64,000 nt of DNA from Candidatus Eiseniibacteriota bacterium (GTDB lineage: Bacteria > Eisenbacteria > RBG-16-71-46): the NCBI GenBank assembly GCA_013140805.1, contig JABFRW010000052.1, forward strand, positions 371-64,370, in the 5' to 3' direction. Below are positions 27,212-36,522 of the stretch, one piece after another; position 1 is the first letter of the stretch; each line of letters starts with the position of its first letter. The position numbers and the translations under genes were made by a program. The notes beneath the pieces are model-generated. The model saw only the letters and a list, made by a program, of their open reading frames with translations. It did no database searches and was not told where the DNA came from.

Positions 27212-28039
27212 ATGCCGAACGCCACTCCCCGAGCCACCCAAACGATGCAGGCGTGCTTCGGCGTGCCGCGTGCACTGATCGGCATGGTGCACGTCGGAGC
27301 ATTGCCAGGAACGCCGCGCGCGACCGATTTGCTGCCAGTTATCACTGAGCGCGCGGTCGAAGAGGCGAGGCTCTACCACTCGGCCGGTTTCAACGCGGTG
27401 ATGGTCGAAAACATGCACGACCGGCCCTATCTCGCGCGTGATGTGGGTCCCGAGATCACGGCGGCCATGACCGTGGTGGCGAGTGCCGTGCGCCGCTCGG
27501 TGCCGATTCCGCTTGGAGTGCAGGTGCTGGCGGGAGCCAATCGTGAAGCGCTCGCGGTCGCGCTCGCCAGCGATGCTTCGTTCGTCCGCGTCGAGGGTTT
27601 CGTGTTCGCGCACGTCGCCGATGAAGGGCTGATCGAGGCCGACGCGGGAGCCCTGCTGCGCTACCGCAATGCGATCGGCGCCGGGGGCGTGAGGGTGTTC
27701 GCGGACATCAAGAAGAAGCACTCCTCCCACGCAGTGACGATCGACGTGGACCTGGTCGAGACCGCGCGCGCCGCCGAGTTCGCACTCGCGGACGGCGTGA
27801 TCGTGACCGGCGCAGCGACCGGGCGTGAGACCGATGCGACCGAAGTCGAGTCGGTGGTCCGCGCCGTGGATCTGCCGGTGCTGGTCGGCTCCGGGGTCAC
27901 GGCGGACAACGTGTCGCGCTATCGAGCGGCGCATGCGCTGATCGTGGGTTCGTGGGCGAAGCGAGACGGCCGCTGGGACGCACCGTGCGATCCCGATCGC
28001 ATCGCACGGCTCGCGGCCGCCTTCGCCGAGCTGCGGTGA
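27212..28039 (+). CDS. BtpA/SgcQ family TIM-barrel protein
   Basis: IGMVH..ALPG.P, ENMHD.PY, ADIKKKHS, ADGVIVTG..TG, VGSGVT. Confidence 0.92.
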   Translation: MPNATPRATQTMQACFGVPRALIGMVHVGALPGTPRATDLLPVITERAVEEARLYHSAGFNAVMVENMHDRPYLARDVGPEITAAMTVVASAVRRSVPIPLGVQVLAGANREALAVALASDASFVRVEGFVFAHVADEGLIEADAGALLRYRNAIGAGGVRVFADIKKKHSSHAVTIDVDLVETARAAEFALADGVIVTGAATGRETDATEVESVVRAVDLPVLVGSGVTADNVSRYRAAHALIVGSWAKRDGRWDAPCDPDRIARLAAAFAELR

Positions 28040-29061
28040 GCTTCGAAGTCACGACACGGTCTGCGGAGCCAGGGTTCCCGCTTCGCGTGCCGCCCGGATC
28101 GCCCGAACTCGTCATCGTTGGCAATCTGCTGATCGACGACCTGGTATTCGAAGACGGGCGCACGCTCGAAGCCGAACCCGGCGGAGCGGTGCTCTACGCA
28201 GCACTCGCGGCCGCCCTCTGGCGCGTGCGGGTCGGAGTGGTGAGCCGTGTCGGCAACGACTATCCGGCCGCGACGCTCGCAGAGCTCGAGTCGCGAGGCG
28301 TCGACCTGTCGGGCCTGCACTCGATCGAGGGCCCGGGCCTGCGCGCCTGGCTTCGCTACGGGCCGGCCGGTCGAGGCGTCGAGCATCGACCCGGCGCAGC
28401 CACACACCTCGCCGCCTCGCCGGAAGTCTCCGAGATTCCGAGTCCGTTTCGGTCGGCCGCATGCATCCACATCGCGCCCATGCCGTTCAATGCCCAGGTC
28501 GAGATCCTCTCGCGGCTGGCGGCAACTGACGCCCGTCCTGCGTTGAGCCTCGATCCGCACGAGGCGATCACGCCCGATCGATTCGATGAGTGGCGTGCGC
28601 TCGCGGCAACGCTCCAGGTGCTTTCGCTCGGACTCGATGAGGTCCGCATCCCCGGCGTGCTCGAGCGACCCGACGCGTTGATCGAGGAACTTCGAGCGTT
28701 CCGATCGCTCGATTTGTTGTTTCGGATGGGCGAACGCGGCGGCGTGCTTTTCGCTCCGCGCGGGGCGTCGGCGGCCGAGCGCTGCGATTGGCGTGCGTGG
28801 GCCCGCCACGTCGTCGACTCGACCGGCGCGGGCGATGCCTTTACCGCGGGTTACCTCGCCGGCCGCGTGCGGGCGCGAAGCCGCGCAGCATCGGTCGCGC
28901 GCGGGCTCGTCTCGGCGAGCTTCGCGCTCGAAGACTTCGGAGCTCGCGGCCTGCTGCGGGCCACGCCCGAGGAGGCCGAGCGACGCCTCGCGCGCGTTCC
29001 CGAACCAGTGCTCGTGCCCCACCCGGCGCGCGACCACCGTGAACCGAATGCCGAGCTGTGA
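28036..29061 (+). CDS. PfkB-family carbohydrate/nucleoside kinase (pseudouridine kinase candidate)
   Basis: PGGA N-terminal motif and VVDSTGAGDAF PfkB signature. GTGA overlap with btpA. Confidence 0.85.
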   Translation: MSFEVTTRSAEPGFPLRVPPGSPELVIVGNLLIDDLVFEDGRTLEAEPGGAVLYAALAAALWRVRVGVVSRVGNDYPAATLAELESRGVDLSGLHSIEGPGLRAWLRYGPAGRGVEHRPGAATHLAASPEVSEIPSPFRSAACIHIAPMPFNAQVEILSRLAATDARPALSLDPHEAITPDRFDEWRALAATLQVLSLGLDEVRIPGVLERPDALIEELRAFRSLDLLFRMGERGGVLFAPRGASAAERCDWRAWARHVVDSTGAGDAFTAGYLAGRVRARSRAASVARGLVSASFALEDFGARGLLRATPEEAERRLARVPEPVLVPHPARDHREPNAEL

Positions 29062-29074
29062 TAAGGAGAGCCGC

Positions 29075-29989
29075 ATGACCCGACTGATTCGCATCGCTCC
29101 GTTCGTCGAAGCCGCGTTGCGCGACCACCGCCCGGTCGTCGCACTCGAAACCACGGTGGTGACGCACGGGCTTCCCGAGCCGCAGGGTTTCGAGCTGGCC
29201 GGGGCACTCGAGGCCGAGATCATCCGCCACGGCGCGGTGCCCGCGACCATCGGCGTGCTCAAAGGCTGCGTGCGGGTCGGCCTGTCGCGCGACGAACTCA
29301 GCGAGCTGGCGCACGCACCGGAGGTCGCCAAGCTCAACCTGAGCAACCTCGGCGCTCAGCTCGCCGAAGGCGGTCCCGGCTCGACGACGGTGGCCGCGAC
29401 CATGTTCATCGCTGCGCGCTGCGGCATTCAGGTGTTCGCAACCGGCGGAATCGGCGGGGTGCATCGAGGCGAATCCGAGACCGGCGACGTTTCGGCGGAC
29501 CTCACCGCACTGGCGCATCACCCGGTCGCGGTGGTGTGCGCGGGCGCCAAGGCGGTGCTGGACCTGCCGCGCACGGTCGAGGCCCTGGAAACCCTCGGCG
29601 TGCCGATTCTGGGCTTCGGCACCGCGGAGTTCCCGGCCTTCTGGCGGCGGTCGAGCGGCTTGCCCGTGGATCGGCGCTACGACGAACTGGCGCCGCTCGC
29701 GCGCGCGATCCGCGCGCACTGGGAGCTGGGTGCCACCAGCGGCGTGGTGGTCGCGAATCCGATCCCGGAGGCTGACGAGATGGACGCGGCACTCTACGAG
29801 ACCGCATTGAATCAGGCGCTGTCCGACGCGCGACAGCGGCAGTCGAGTGGTCGCGACGTGACGCCATTCCTGCTCGACCGCATGCGCGAACTGACCGGCG
29901 GCGCGAGCGTGCAATCGAACCTGGCGCTCCTTGTGAACAACGCTCGAGTCGCAGCGGAGCTGGCCGCCGCGATCGAGGCGGTGCGCTGA
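29075..29989 (+). CDS. psuG: Pseudouridine-5'-phosphate glycosidase
   Basis: PVVALETTVVTHG, TTVAATM, FATGGIGGVHRG, DVSADL, GAKAVLD, VTPFLL, NNA. AAGGAG RBS. Confidence 0.95.
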   Translation: MTRLIRIAPFVEAALRDHRPVVALETTVVTHGLPEPQGFELAGALEAEIIRHGAVPATIGVLKGCVRVGLSRDELSELAHAPEVAKLNLSNLGAQLAEGGPGSTTVAATMFIAARCGIQVFATGGIGGVHRGESETGDVSADLTALAHHPVAVVCAGAKAVLDLPRTVEALETLGVPILGFGTAEFPAFWRRSSGLPVDRRYDELAPLARAIRAHWELGATSGVVVANPIPEADEMDAALYETALNQALSDARQRQSSGRDVTPFLLDRMRELTGGASVQSNLALLVNNARVAAELAAAIEAVR

Positions 29990-29995
29990 GTCCGC

Positions 29996-30853
29996 CTACA
30001 ACACCTCGGCCGAGAAGGTGTCGCCCTCTCGCATGTCGCCGGTCTCGTAGCCGCGCATGAACCAGCGCTGGCGCTGCTCGGAAGTGCCGTGTGTGAACGC
30101 GTCGGGAACCACGTAGCCCTGCGACTGCTTCTGCAGGCGGTCGTCGCCGATCGCTTCGGCCGCCGCCATCGCTTCTTCGACGTCGCCGGGTTCCAGAACA
30201 CCCTTGTCGCGCTGGGTGTGATGCGCCCACACGCCGGCGTAGAAGTCGGCCTGCAGTTCGAGCCGCACCGAGAGCCGGTTGTACTCGGACGCGCTGAGCC
30301 GACTCTTCATGGCGTGCACCTTGTCGGTGACGCCGAGCAGGTTCTGCACGTGATGTCCGACTTCGTGCGCGATGACGTAGGCCTGGGCGAAGTCGCCCGG
30401 GGCGCCGAGGCGCTGGCGCAGCAGTTCGTAGAACGACAGGTCGATGTAGACGTGCCGGTCCTCGGGGCAATAGAACGGGCCGACGGCCGCGTTCGCCAGA
30501 CCGCAGGCCGACTCGACGCGATCCGTGAACAGGGTCAGCTGAGGATCTTCGTACTGGCGCCCGAAGCGCTGGAACTCCGACTTCCACACGTCTTCGGTCT
30601 GGGCCAGCACCACCGCCACGAACTGGCTCATTTCGTCGTTCGCGGGCGGTGCTGCGCCCTGCGTCGCCGTCGGCGCCGGATTCGTGCTGTCGAGACCGAG
30701 CTGGTTGAGCAGCTGCCCCGGGTCAACGCCCGTGAAGAGCGCGATCAGCAGCACGATCACGAGGCCGCCGCCACCCAGCGCCAGTCCGCCAGCCGCTCCC
30801 CGACCTCGGCGATCCTCGACGTTGTCGCTGCGACGTTCGTTCTGCCAGCGCAT
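29996..30853 (-). CDS. Neutral zinc metallopeptidase (YpfJ family)
   Basis: MRW..RRSDNVEDRRG, GPFYCP, AHEVGHHVQ, ELQAD, FTHGTSEQR. Confidence 0.95.
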   Translation of the reverse strand: MRWQNERRSDNVEDRRGRGAAGGLALGGGGLVIVLLIALFTGVDPGQLLNQLGLDSTNPAPTATQGAAPPANDEMSQFVAVVLAQTEDVWKSEFQRFGRQYEDPQLTLFTDRVESACGLANAAVGPFYCPEDRHVYIDLSFYELLRQRLGAPGDFAQAYVIAHEVGHHVQNLLGVTDKVHAMKSRLSASEYNRLSVRLELQADFYAGVWAHHTQRDKGVLEPGDVEEAMAAAEAIGDDRLQKQSQGYVVPDAFTHGTSEQRQRWFMRGYETGDMREGDTFSAEVL

Positions 30854-31067
30854 GTTCGACCTCCGTTGACGGTTCGCGACTCGAATGTGGCCGCGAGTAT
30901 GCGACACGACCCGACCCCTCGCCACCTTGCCACCGCGTCCGTCGCGTGCGAACGGGCGATCGTCGGGGACGCGTGGCGCGGGTCGGGTCGGATGTCAACG
31001 TTTCAGGGGCGTGGGCCGTCATACCGCTCGGCCACCCGAACTTGCTCACCCCCTCGAGAGATCCGAC

Positions 31068-33662
31068 ATGTCGCCGCGCTCCCTGATGATCATCGGTCTC
31101 CTCGCGCTGGCTGCTCCGGCGATGGCACTCGCCGCCGCTGCGCCGCCGCACCCGCCAATTCAAGCCCAGCGACTCGCCGCGCCGATCACCATCGACGGCC
31201 GACTCGACGAAGCCGTGTGGTCGAGCGGCACGCCGATCACGGCCTTCTACCAGGCCGGACCGGACCAGGGCGAGCCGTCCTCCCAGAAATCCGAAGTGCG
31301 CGTCTACTACGACGATGACGCGCTCTATGTGGGCGCCCGACTGTGGGACAGCGCCCCCGACTCGATGATCGCGCGGCTGTCGCGGCGCGACGTGTCGGTG
31401 CCGTCCGATCGCTTCTCGGTCTACCTGGACCCGTACCACGACAAGCGGAGCGGTTATTACTTCCTCATCAATTCTGCCGGCACGCTGTTCGATGGAACGC
31501 TCTCGAACGACGGCTGGGAGGACACCTCGTGGGACGGGGTGTGGAACGCGCAGGCCCATCGTGATTCGAAAGGCTGGACCGCCGAGTACCGCATTCCGTT
31601 CTCGCAGCTGCGCTTTCAGAACGCCACCCCGCAGGTGTGGGGCATCAACTTCCGGCGCGTGATCCTGCGCCGCAACGAAGAGGCGTTCGTCGCCTATCAG
31701 CCGCGCGACGAGAGCGGCTTCGTTTCGCGCTGGCCGGAGCTGGTGGGCCTCGACGGGCTGCACGCTTCGCGCACGGTCGAGCTGCTGCCTTACGCGACCA
31801 GCAAGGGCGAGTTCGTGAATCGCGTGAGCGGCGATCCGTTCCACGACGGTTCCCGCATCAATGGGGACATCGGGTTCGACCTGCGGACCTCGATCGGCAG
31901 CCGCATGACGCTCAACGGCACCGTCAATCCCGATTTCGGGCAGGTCGAGGTCGATCCGGCGAGCCTCAACTTGAGCGACGTGGAGACCTTTTTCCAGGAG
32001 AAGCGCCCGTTCTTCGTCGAAGGCTCGTCGAACTTCCGATTCGGCAACGAGGGCGCGAGCGACTACTGGAACTTCAACTGGCCGGAGCCGACGTTCTTCT
32101 ACAGCCGCCGCATCGGCCGCTCACCGCAGGGCTCGCTCCCCGGCACGCCGGACCCCGACAACGACGTGGTCTACGCCGACGTGCCGATCGGCACGACCAT
32201 TCTGGGTGCCGCCAAGCTGACGGGGAAGATCACGCCCAGCACCAACTTTGGCACCCTGCACGCGATCACCGCTCGGGAGCGCGCGAAGATGTGGGTGAAT
32301 GGCATCGATTCCAAGGCCGAGGTCGAGCCATTCGCTTACTACGGGGTGATGCGCGGGCTGCGTGAATTCAAGGACCGCAAGCAGGGACTCGGCAGCATGG
32401 TGTCGCTGGTGCAGCGCTCGTTCGACCGCGACGACCTGAGCAACGAACTCAACCAGACCAGCGCGGTCGGAGCACTCGACGGCTGGACCTCATTCGGACC
32501 GAACCGGCTCTGGGTGCTGTCGGGATGGGCCGCCGGTACCCATGTGCGCGGAACCGAACACCGCATGCTGGCGCTTCAGCAGAGTTCGCGCCGCTACTAC
32601 CAGCGTCCCGACGCGGGCCACGTCTCGCTCGACCCTGATGCCACTTCGCTAAGCGGTGCCGGTGCGCGCGTGTGGCTCAACAAGGAGCGCGGGCAGTGGA
32701 CGACGAACTCGGCGTTCGGCGTGATCTCGCCGGGCTTCGAGATGAACGACATGGGATTCCAGACCCGTTCCGACGTGACCAACGGACACGTCTCGGTGAG
32801 CCGGCGCTTCAGCACGCCCGGCAAGTACCGCCAGTACCTGCAGCTGAACGGGGCGCTGTTCGGAGCCACCGATCTCGACGGAAACTTCACCAACGGCGGC
32901 ATCTTCCACAGCGGCAGCCTCGAGTTCCGCAACCGCGTGAGCCTCGAGTGGTGGGACACCTACAACCCGCCCGCCACCAGCGTGCGCGGGACGCGTGGTG
33001 GCCCGCGTATGAAGCTTCCGGGCGGATTCGAGAGCGGTTTCTACCTCGACAGCGACGGAACGCGCACGCGCTTCTACTCGCTGAACGGCAACCTGTACGT
33101 GAAGGCAGACGGCAGCCAGGACTGGTCGATCAGTCCGTACATGGAGTGGAAGCCGGTTTCGAACGTGCTGCTGAGCTTCGGCCCCGGGTTCAATCGTTCG
33201 ATCGAGAAGTCGATGTACGTCGAGACGATCGAAGATCCGCTCGCGACCTCGACGTTCGGCAATCGCTACGTATTCGCGAATCTCGATCAGACCACGATCT
33301 CGACCAACTTCCGGCTGTCGTGGGCGTTCACGCCGACGATCAGCCTGCAGACCTACGTACAGCCCTATCTGTCGGCCGGGACGTACACGAACTACAAGGC
33401 GCTGGCTCAGCCGAACACGCGCGAGTTCGTGGCGACGGTTCCGAGCGCTCCACAGGACTTCAACTACAAGTCGCTGCGCGGCAGTGCCGTGTTCCGTTAC
33501 GAGTACATGCCGGGTTCGACGCTCTACCTGGTGTGGACGCAGGATCGCTCGGACTACGTCGAGAACGGCGAGTTCGAGTTCGGGCGCGACGCGCAGCGCC
33601 TGTTCGATCGCGACGGCGACAACATCTACCTGGCGAAGGTCACCTACTACCTGGGGCTCTGA
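31068..33662 (+). CDS. Outer-membrane protein with an N-terminal CBM9-like domain (DUF5916 family)
   Basis: IDGRLDE..W, WTAEYRIPFSQLRF, NPDFGQVEVD, EKRPFFVEG, FYSRRIG; aromatic beta-strand C-terminus. Confidence 0.85.
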   Translation: MSPRSLMIIGLLALAAPAMALAAAAPPHPPIQAQRLAAPITIDGRLDEAVWSSGTPITAFYQAGPDQGEPSSQKSEVRVYYDDDALYVGARLWDSAPDSMIARLSRRDVSVPSDRFSVYLDPYHDKRSGYYFLINSAGTLFDGTLSNDGWEDTSWDGVWNAQAHRDSKGWTAEYRIPFSQLRFQNATPQVWGINFRRVILRRNEEAFVAYQPRDESGFVSRWPELVGLDGLHASRTVELLPYATSKGEFVNRVSGDPFHDGSRINGDIGFDLRTSIGSRMTLNGTVNPDFGQVEVDPASLNLSDVETFFQEKRPFFVEGSSNFRFGNEGASDYWNFNWPEPTFFYSRRIGRSPQGSLPGTPDPDNDVVYADVPIGTTILGAAKLTGKITPSTNFGTLHAITARERAKMWVNGIDSKAEVEPFAYYGVMRGLREFKDRKQGLGSMVSLVQRSFDRDDLSNELNQTSAVGALDGWTSFGPNRLWVLSGWAAGTHVRGTEHRMLALQQSSRRYYQRPDAGHVSLDPDATSLSGAGARVWLNKERGQWTTNSAFGVISPGFEMNDMGFQTRSDVTNGHVSVSRRFSTPGKYRQYLQLNGALFGATDLDGNFTNGGIFHSGSLEFRNRVSLEWWDTYNPPATSVRGTRGGPRMKLPGGFESGFYLDSDGTRTRFYSLNGNLYVKADGSQDWSISPYMEWKPVSNVLLSFGPGFNRSIEKSMYVETIEDPLATSTFGNRYVFANLDQTTISTNFRLSWAFTPTISLQTYVQPYLSAGTYTNYKALAQPNTREFVATVPSAPQDFNYKSLRGSAVFRYEYMPGSTLYLVWTQDRSDYVENGEFEFGRDAQRLFDRDGDNIYLAKVTYYLGL

Positions 33663-33727
33663 TCCCGGGCGCGACCCGCGAGTCGCGAAGCAGCTCGCTC
33701 TCCAGCTCCGGACCGGGCGGGAAGCGA

Positions 33728-33759
33728 AACGAGGCCCGGCGCAGTTGCCGGGCCTCGTT
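33728..33759. terminator. Hairpin between convergent genes
   Basis: aacgaggcccggc-gcagtt-gccgggcctcgtt, a perfect 13-bp stem. Confidence 0.7.
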
Positions 33760-33781
33760 GCACGTTCGGCGGTCGACGCGC

Positions 33782-34762
33782 TCAGCGCGCCATGATGATC
33801 TTCTGCGTCAGCGCGACTTCGCGACCCGGTGCCTTGAGCTTGAGGAAGTAGATCCCGTTGCGCGCGTAGTCGCCGGCTTCGGTCCGACCGCTCCAGGTGC
33901 TCGCGTGCGTACCGGGCGGGCGGGACTCGTGCATCAGCGTCTTCACGCGACGTCCGGCCGCATCAAAGACCGCCAGATCGACGAAGCCGCCGACCGGGAT
34001 CGTGAAGTCGATGTTCGTGCACACCTTCATGGGATTCGGGAACGGCTTCTCGAGCGCGTAGCTCAGATCGAGCGGCGAAGGTCCGACGCCCACCGCACCA
34101 CCGGCTGCCATGCTGTCCGAGGTCGTGAAGATGTAGTCGTCGCTGCCGAACGAACTGCCGTCGCCGTTCGCCGAATTGCCGGCTGCGAAGAAATAGACGG
34201 TGCCCTCGGTCGCGGCCGGCGCGGTCCACAGCAGATTCCATTCGATGCTGGGGCCGGGATTGCCCTCACGAATCGAGCCGCACATCATTTCGAAATCGCG
34301 GAATGGATCGCAGGTGTGTTCGAGGTAACGGCGATTGCGGTAGACGCTGCTGGCGGCAGTCTTGGTGATCTGGAACGAGTCCGGCTGCGCGCCGTTGACG
34401 GGGGCCCAGCTTCCGAGGCTGTCGCCGGTCTGCGAAGACACCGCCTGGATCTCGAATCCCCACCGAACAAAACCCTGTTCGGGAGGCGGCAGCTGCGGCC
34501 ACGTGTGCGTGAGTCGCAGGCGCAGCGGGTAGGTGATCCCGGCGTCGTAGGTCTCCGGCAGGTCGAGGATCTCGAGCTGCCCGACCGGCAAGTTGAGCGG
34601 ATTGCCGTTGTGGCACAGCGTGCAATTCGACTCGGCGGCCTTGTTGGCGACCGCGAATGCTCCGGTGCGCGCGGCTGGCGGCCCGGTCGAGAAAGCGAAC
34701 GCGATCGATGCGCCCAGAATCAGCGCGACAAGGATGGCGGCCCGAAAGATGTGGCGCGACAT
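33782..34762 (-). CDS. Secreted protein with a CxxCH motif, a Reeler-like domain and a C-terminal FlgD/T9SS-like domain
   Basis: Signal peptide, FSTGPP..RTGA, CTLCH, WTAP..G.V.FFAAGNSANGDG; PFPNP..VFDAAGRRV..W.G..GIYF. Confidence 0.8.
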   Translation of the reverse strand: MSRHIFRAAILVALILGASIAFAFSTGPPAARTGAFAVANKAAESNCTLCHNGNPLNLPVGQLEILDLPETYDAGITYPLRLRLTHTWPQLPPPEQGFVRWGFEIQAVSSQTGDSLGSWAPVNGAQPDSFQITKTAASSVYRNRRYLEHTCDPFRDFEMMCGSIREGNPGPSIEWNLLWTAPAATEGTVYFFAAGNSANGDGSSFGSDDYIFTTSDSMAAGGAVGVGPSPLDLSYALEKPFPNPMKVCTNIDFTIPVGGFVDLAVFDAAGRRVKTLMHESRPPGTHASTWSGRTEAGDYARNGIYFLKLKAPGREVALTQKIIMAR

Positions 34763-34954
34763 GGGCGATCTCCGATCGGGGGAAGCGGAGGAAGGGTGGG
34801 TCAAGCTGCCGCCGACGATGATAGTCGAGAAATCGACCGATTTCCGTATCGAATTTGCCCCTGCCTCGGGACTCGGAGATGACCGTTTCCGCGGGTCGGG
34901 GCTATACTGCGGCCCGTTTTGAGCATCCTTTCCAGCGCTCAGCAAGGAGCCCCC

Positions 34955-36148
34955 GTGAACGAACTCGTCGCCGCGCTGCGGTTACGCGATCCCGTGGTCG
35001 AAGCCGCTCGCGTCCGGCTGCTGGCCGGCGAACGCCTGAGCCAGGAGGACGGCCTGCGCCTGTATGACGCCCCGGTGATGGAACTGGGGCGGCTGGCCGA
35101 TGCAGTGGCGCGAGATCGGCATGGGGACCGCGTGTACTTCACGGTCAATCGTCAGCTCAATCCGACCAACGTCTGCGTGCTGGCCTGCAAGTTCTGCGAC
35201 TACGCGAAGAAGCCCGACGATCCGACCGCCTACACGATGACGAAGGAACAGATTCTCGGGCACGTGGACTCCGAGATCACCGAGATCCACATCGTGGGCG
35301 GGCTCCACAACAAGTGGCGCTTCGACGACTACCTGAACGTGATCCGGTGGGTGAAGGAGAAGAAGCCGAGCCTGAGCGTCAAGGCCTACACGGCGGTCGA
35401 GATCGACTTCTTCTGCCGACTCACCAAACAGTCGGTCGAGTGGGTGCTGACCGAGTTGAAGCAGGTGGGGCTCGATGCACTGCCGGGCGGTGGCGCCGAA
35501 GTGTTCAGCGAGCGGGTGCGGCGCGAGATCTTCCATCAGAAGATCGGTGCACAGCGCTGGCTGGAGATTCACGAGACCGCACATCGGCTCGGGATCCCCA
35601 GCAACTCGACGCTGCTCTACGGCCACATCGAGACGCGCGCCGAGCGCGTTCAGCACCTGATCATGTTGCGCGATCTCGAGGATCGAGCACCCGGCTTCTT
35701 CGCCTTCATCCCGCTCGCGTTTCAGCCCGGCACCACGGGCCTGGTGCGCCGGCAGGTGTCGGCGATCGAAGACCTCAAGACCATCGCGATCTCGCGGCTG
35801 GTATTCGACAACGTGAAGCACGTGAAGAGCTACTGGATCATGCTCGGACAGGACACGGCGGCGGCCGGCATTCACTTTGGCGCTAGCGATCTCGACGGCA
35901 CGATCGGCCAGGAGAAGATCGCGCACGCCGCCCTGGCCCGCAGCCCGATCGGCATGGCCGAGGCCGGCATGGTGCAGATGATCCGCGAAGCCGGAAAGAT
36001 CCCGGTGCAGAGAGACGCGCTGTACCGGGTGATTCGCGAGTATCCGCGGCGCGAAGTCGAAGATGCTCTGTCGAGCTTCACGGGGGTGACGGTGCGGCGG
36101 ACGGAGCCCTCGGCCGGCGGTGTCGCAACCATCGAGGCGCCGCGATGA
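34955..36148 (+). CDS. mqnE: Aminofutalosine synthase MqnE (radical SAM)
   Basis: NPTNVCVLACKFC, EIHIVGG, KAYTAVE, PGGGAE, YGHIE, FIPLAF, DLDGT..EKI. AAGGAG RBS. Confidence 0.85.
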   Translation: MNELVAALRLRDPVVEAARVRLLAGERLSQEDGLRLYDAPVMELGRLADAVARDRHGDRVYFTVNRQLNPTNVCVLACKFCDYAKKPDDPTAYTMTKEQILGHVDSEITEIHIVGGLHNKWRFDDYLNVIRWVKEKKPSLSVKAYTAVEIDFFCRLTKQSVEWVLTELKQVGLDALPGGGAEVFSERVRREIFHQKIGAQRWLEIHETAHRLGIPSNSTLLYGHIETRAERVQHLIMLRDLEDRAPGFFAFIPLAFQPGTTGLVRRQVSAIEDLKTIAISRLVFDNVKHVKSYWIMLGQDTAAAGIHFGASDLDGTIGQEKIAHAALARSPIGMAEAGMVQMIREAGKIPVQRDALYRVIREYPRREVEDALSSFTGVTVRRTEPSAGGVATIEAPR

Positions 36149-36522
36149 AGCACTCTCCGGGGTTTCTCGCGCTCGTCAACGACGCCAAGTCGCGCGTGAA
36201 GCAGATGTCGATCGAGGACTACCGCCGTCGCGTCGCGGCCGGCGAGGCGTTCGTGCTGGTCGACACTCGCGAAGACAACGAGTGGGCGAGCGCGCATGCG
36301 ACCGGTGCCATGCACCTGAGCAAGGGCGTGATCGAGCGCGAGATCGAACAGGCGGTGCCCGAGAAGGACGCCCCGGTGGTGCTCTACTGCGGCGGCGGCT
36401 TCCGAAGTGCTCTGGTGGCCGACAACCTTCAGAAGATGGGCTACACCAACGTGATCTCGCTCGACGGCGGCTGGCGCGGCTGGGTCGCGGCCGGGCTCCC
36501 GACCGAAAAGGGTGGCGCGTGA
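36145..36522 (+). CDS. Rhodanese-like sulfurtransferase domain protein
   Basis: LVDTRE..EW, LYCGGGFRS, LDGGW..W. ATGA overlap with mqnE. Confidence 0.92.
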   Translation: MKHSPGFLALVNDAKSRVKQMSIEDYRRRVAAGEAFVLVDTREDNEWASAHATGAMHLSKGVIEREIEQAVPEKDAPVVLYCGGGFRSALVADNLQKMGYTNVISLDGGWRGWVAAGLPTEKGGA

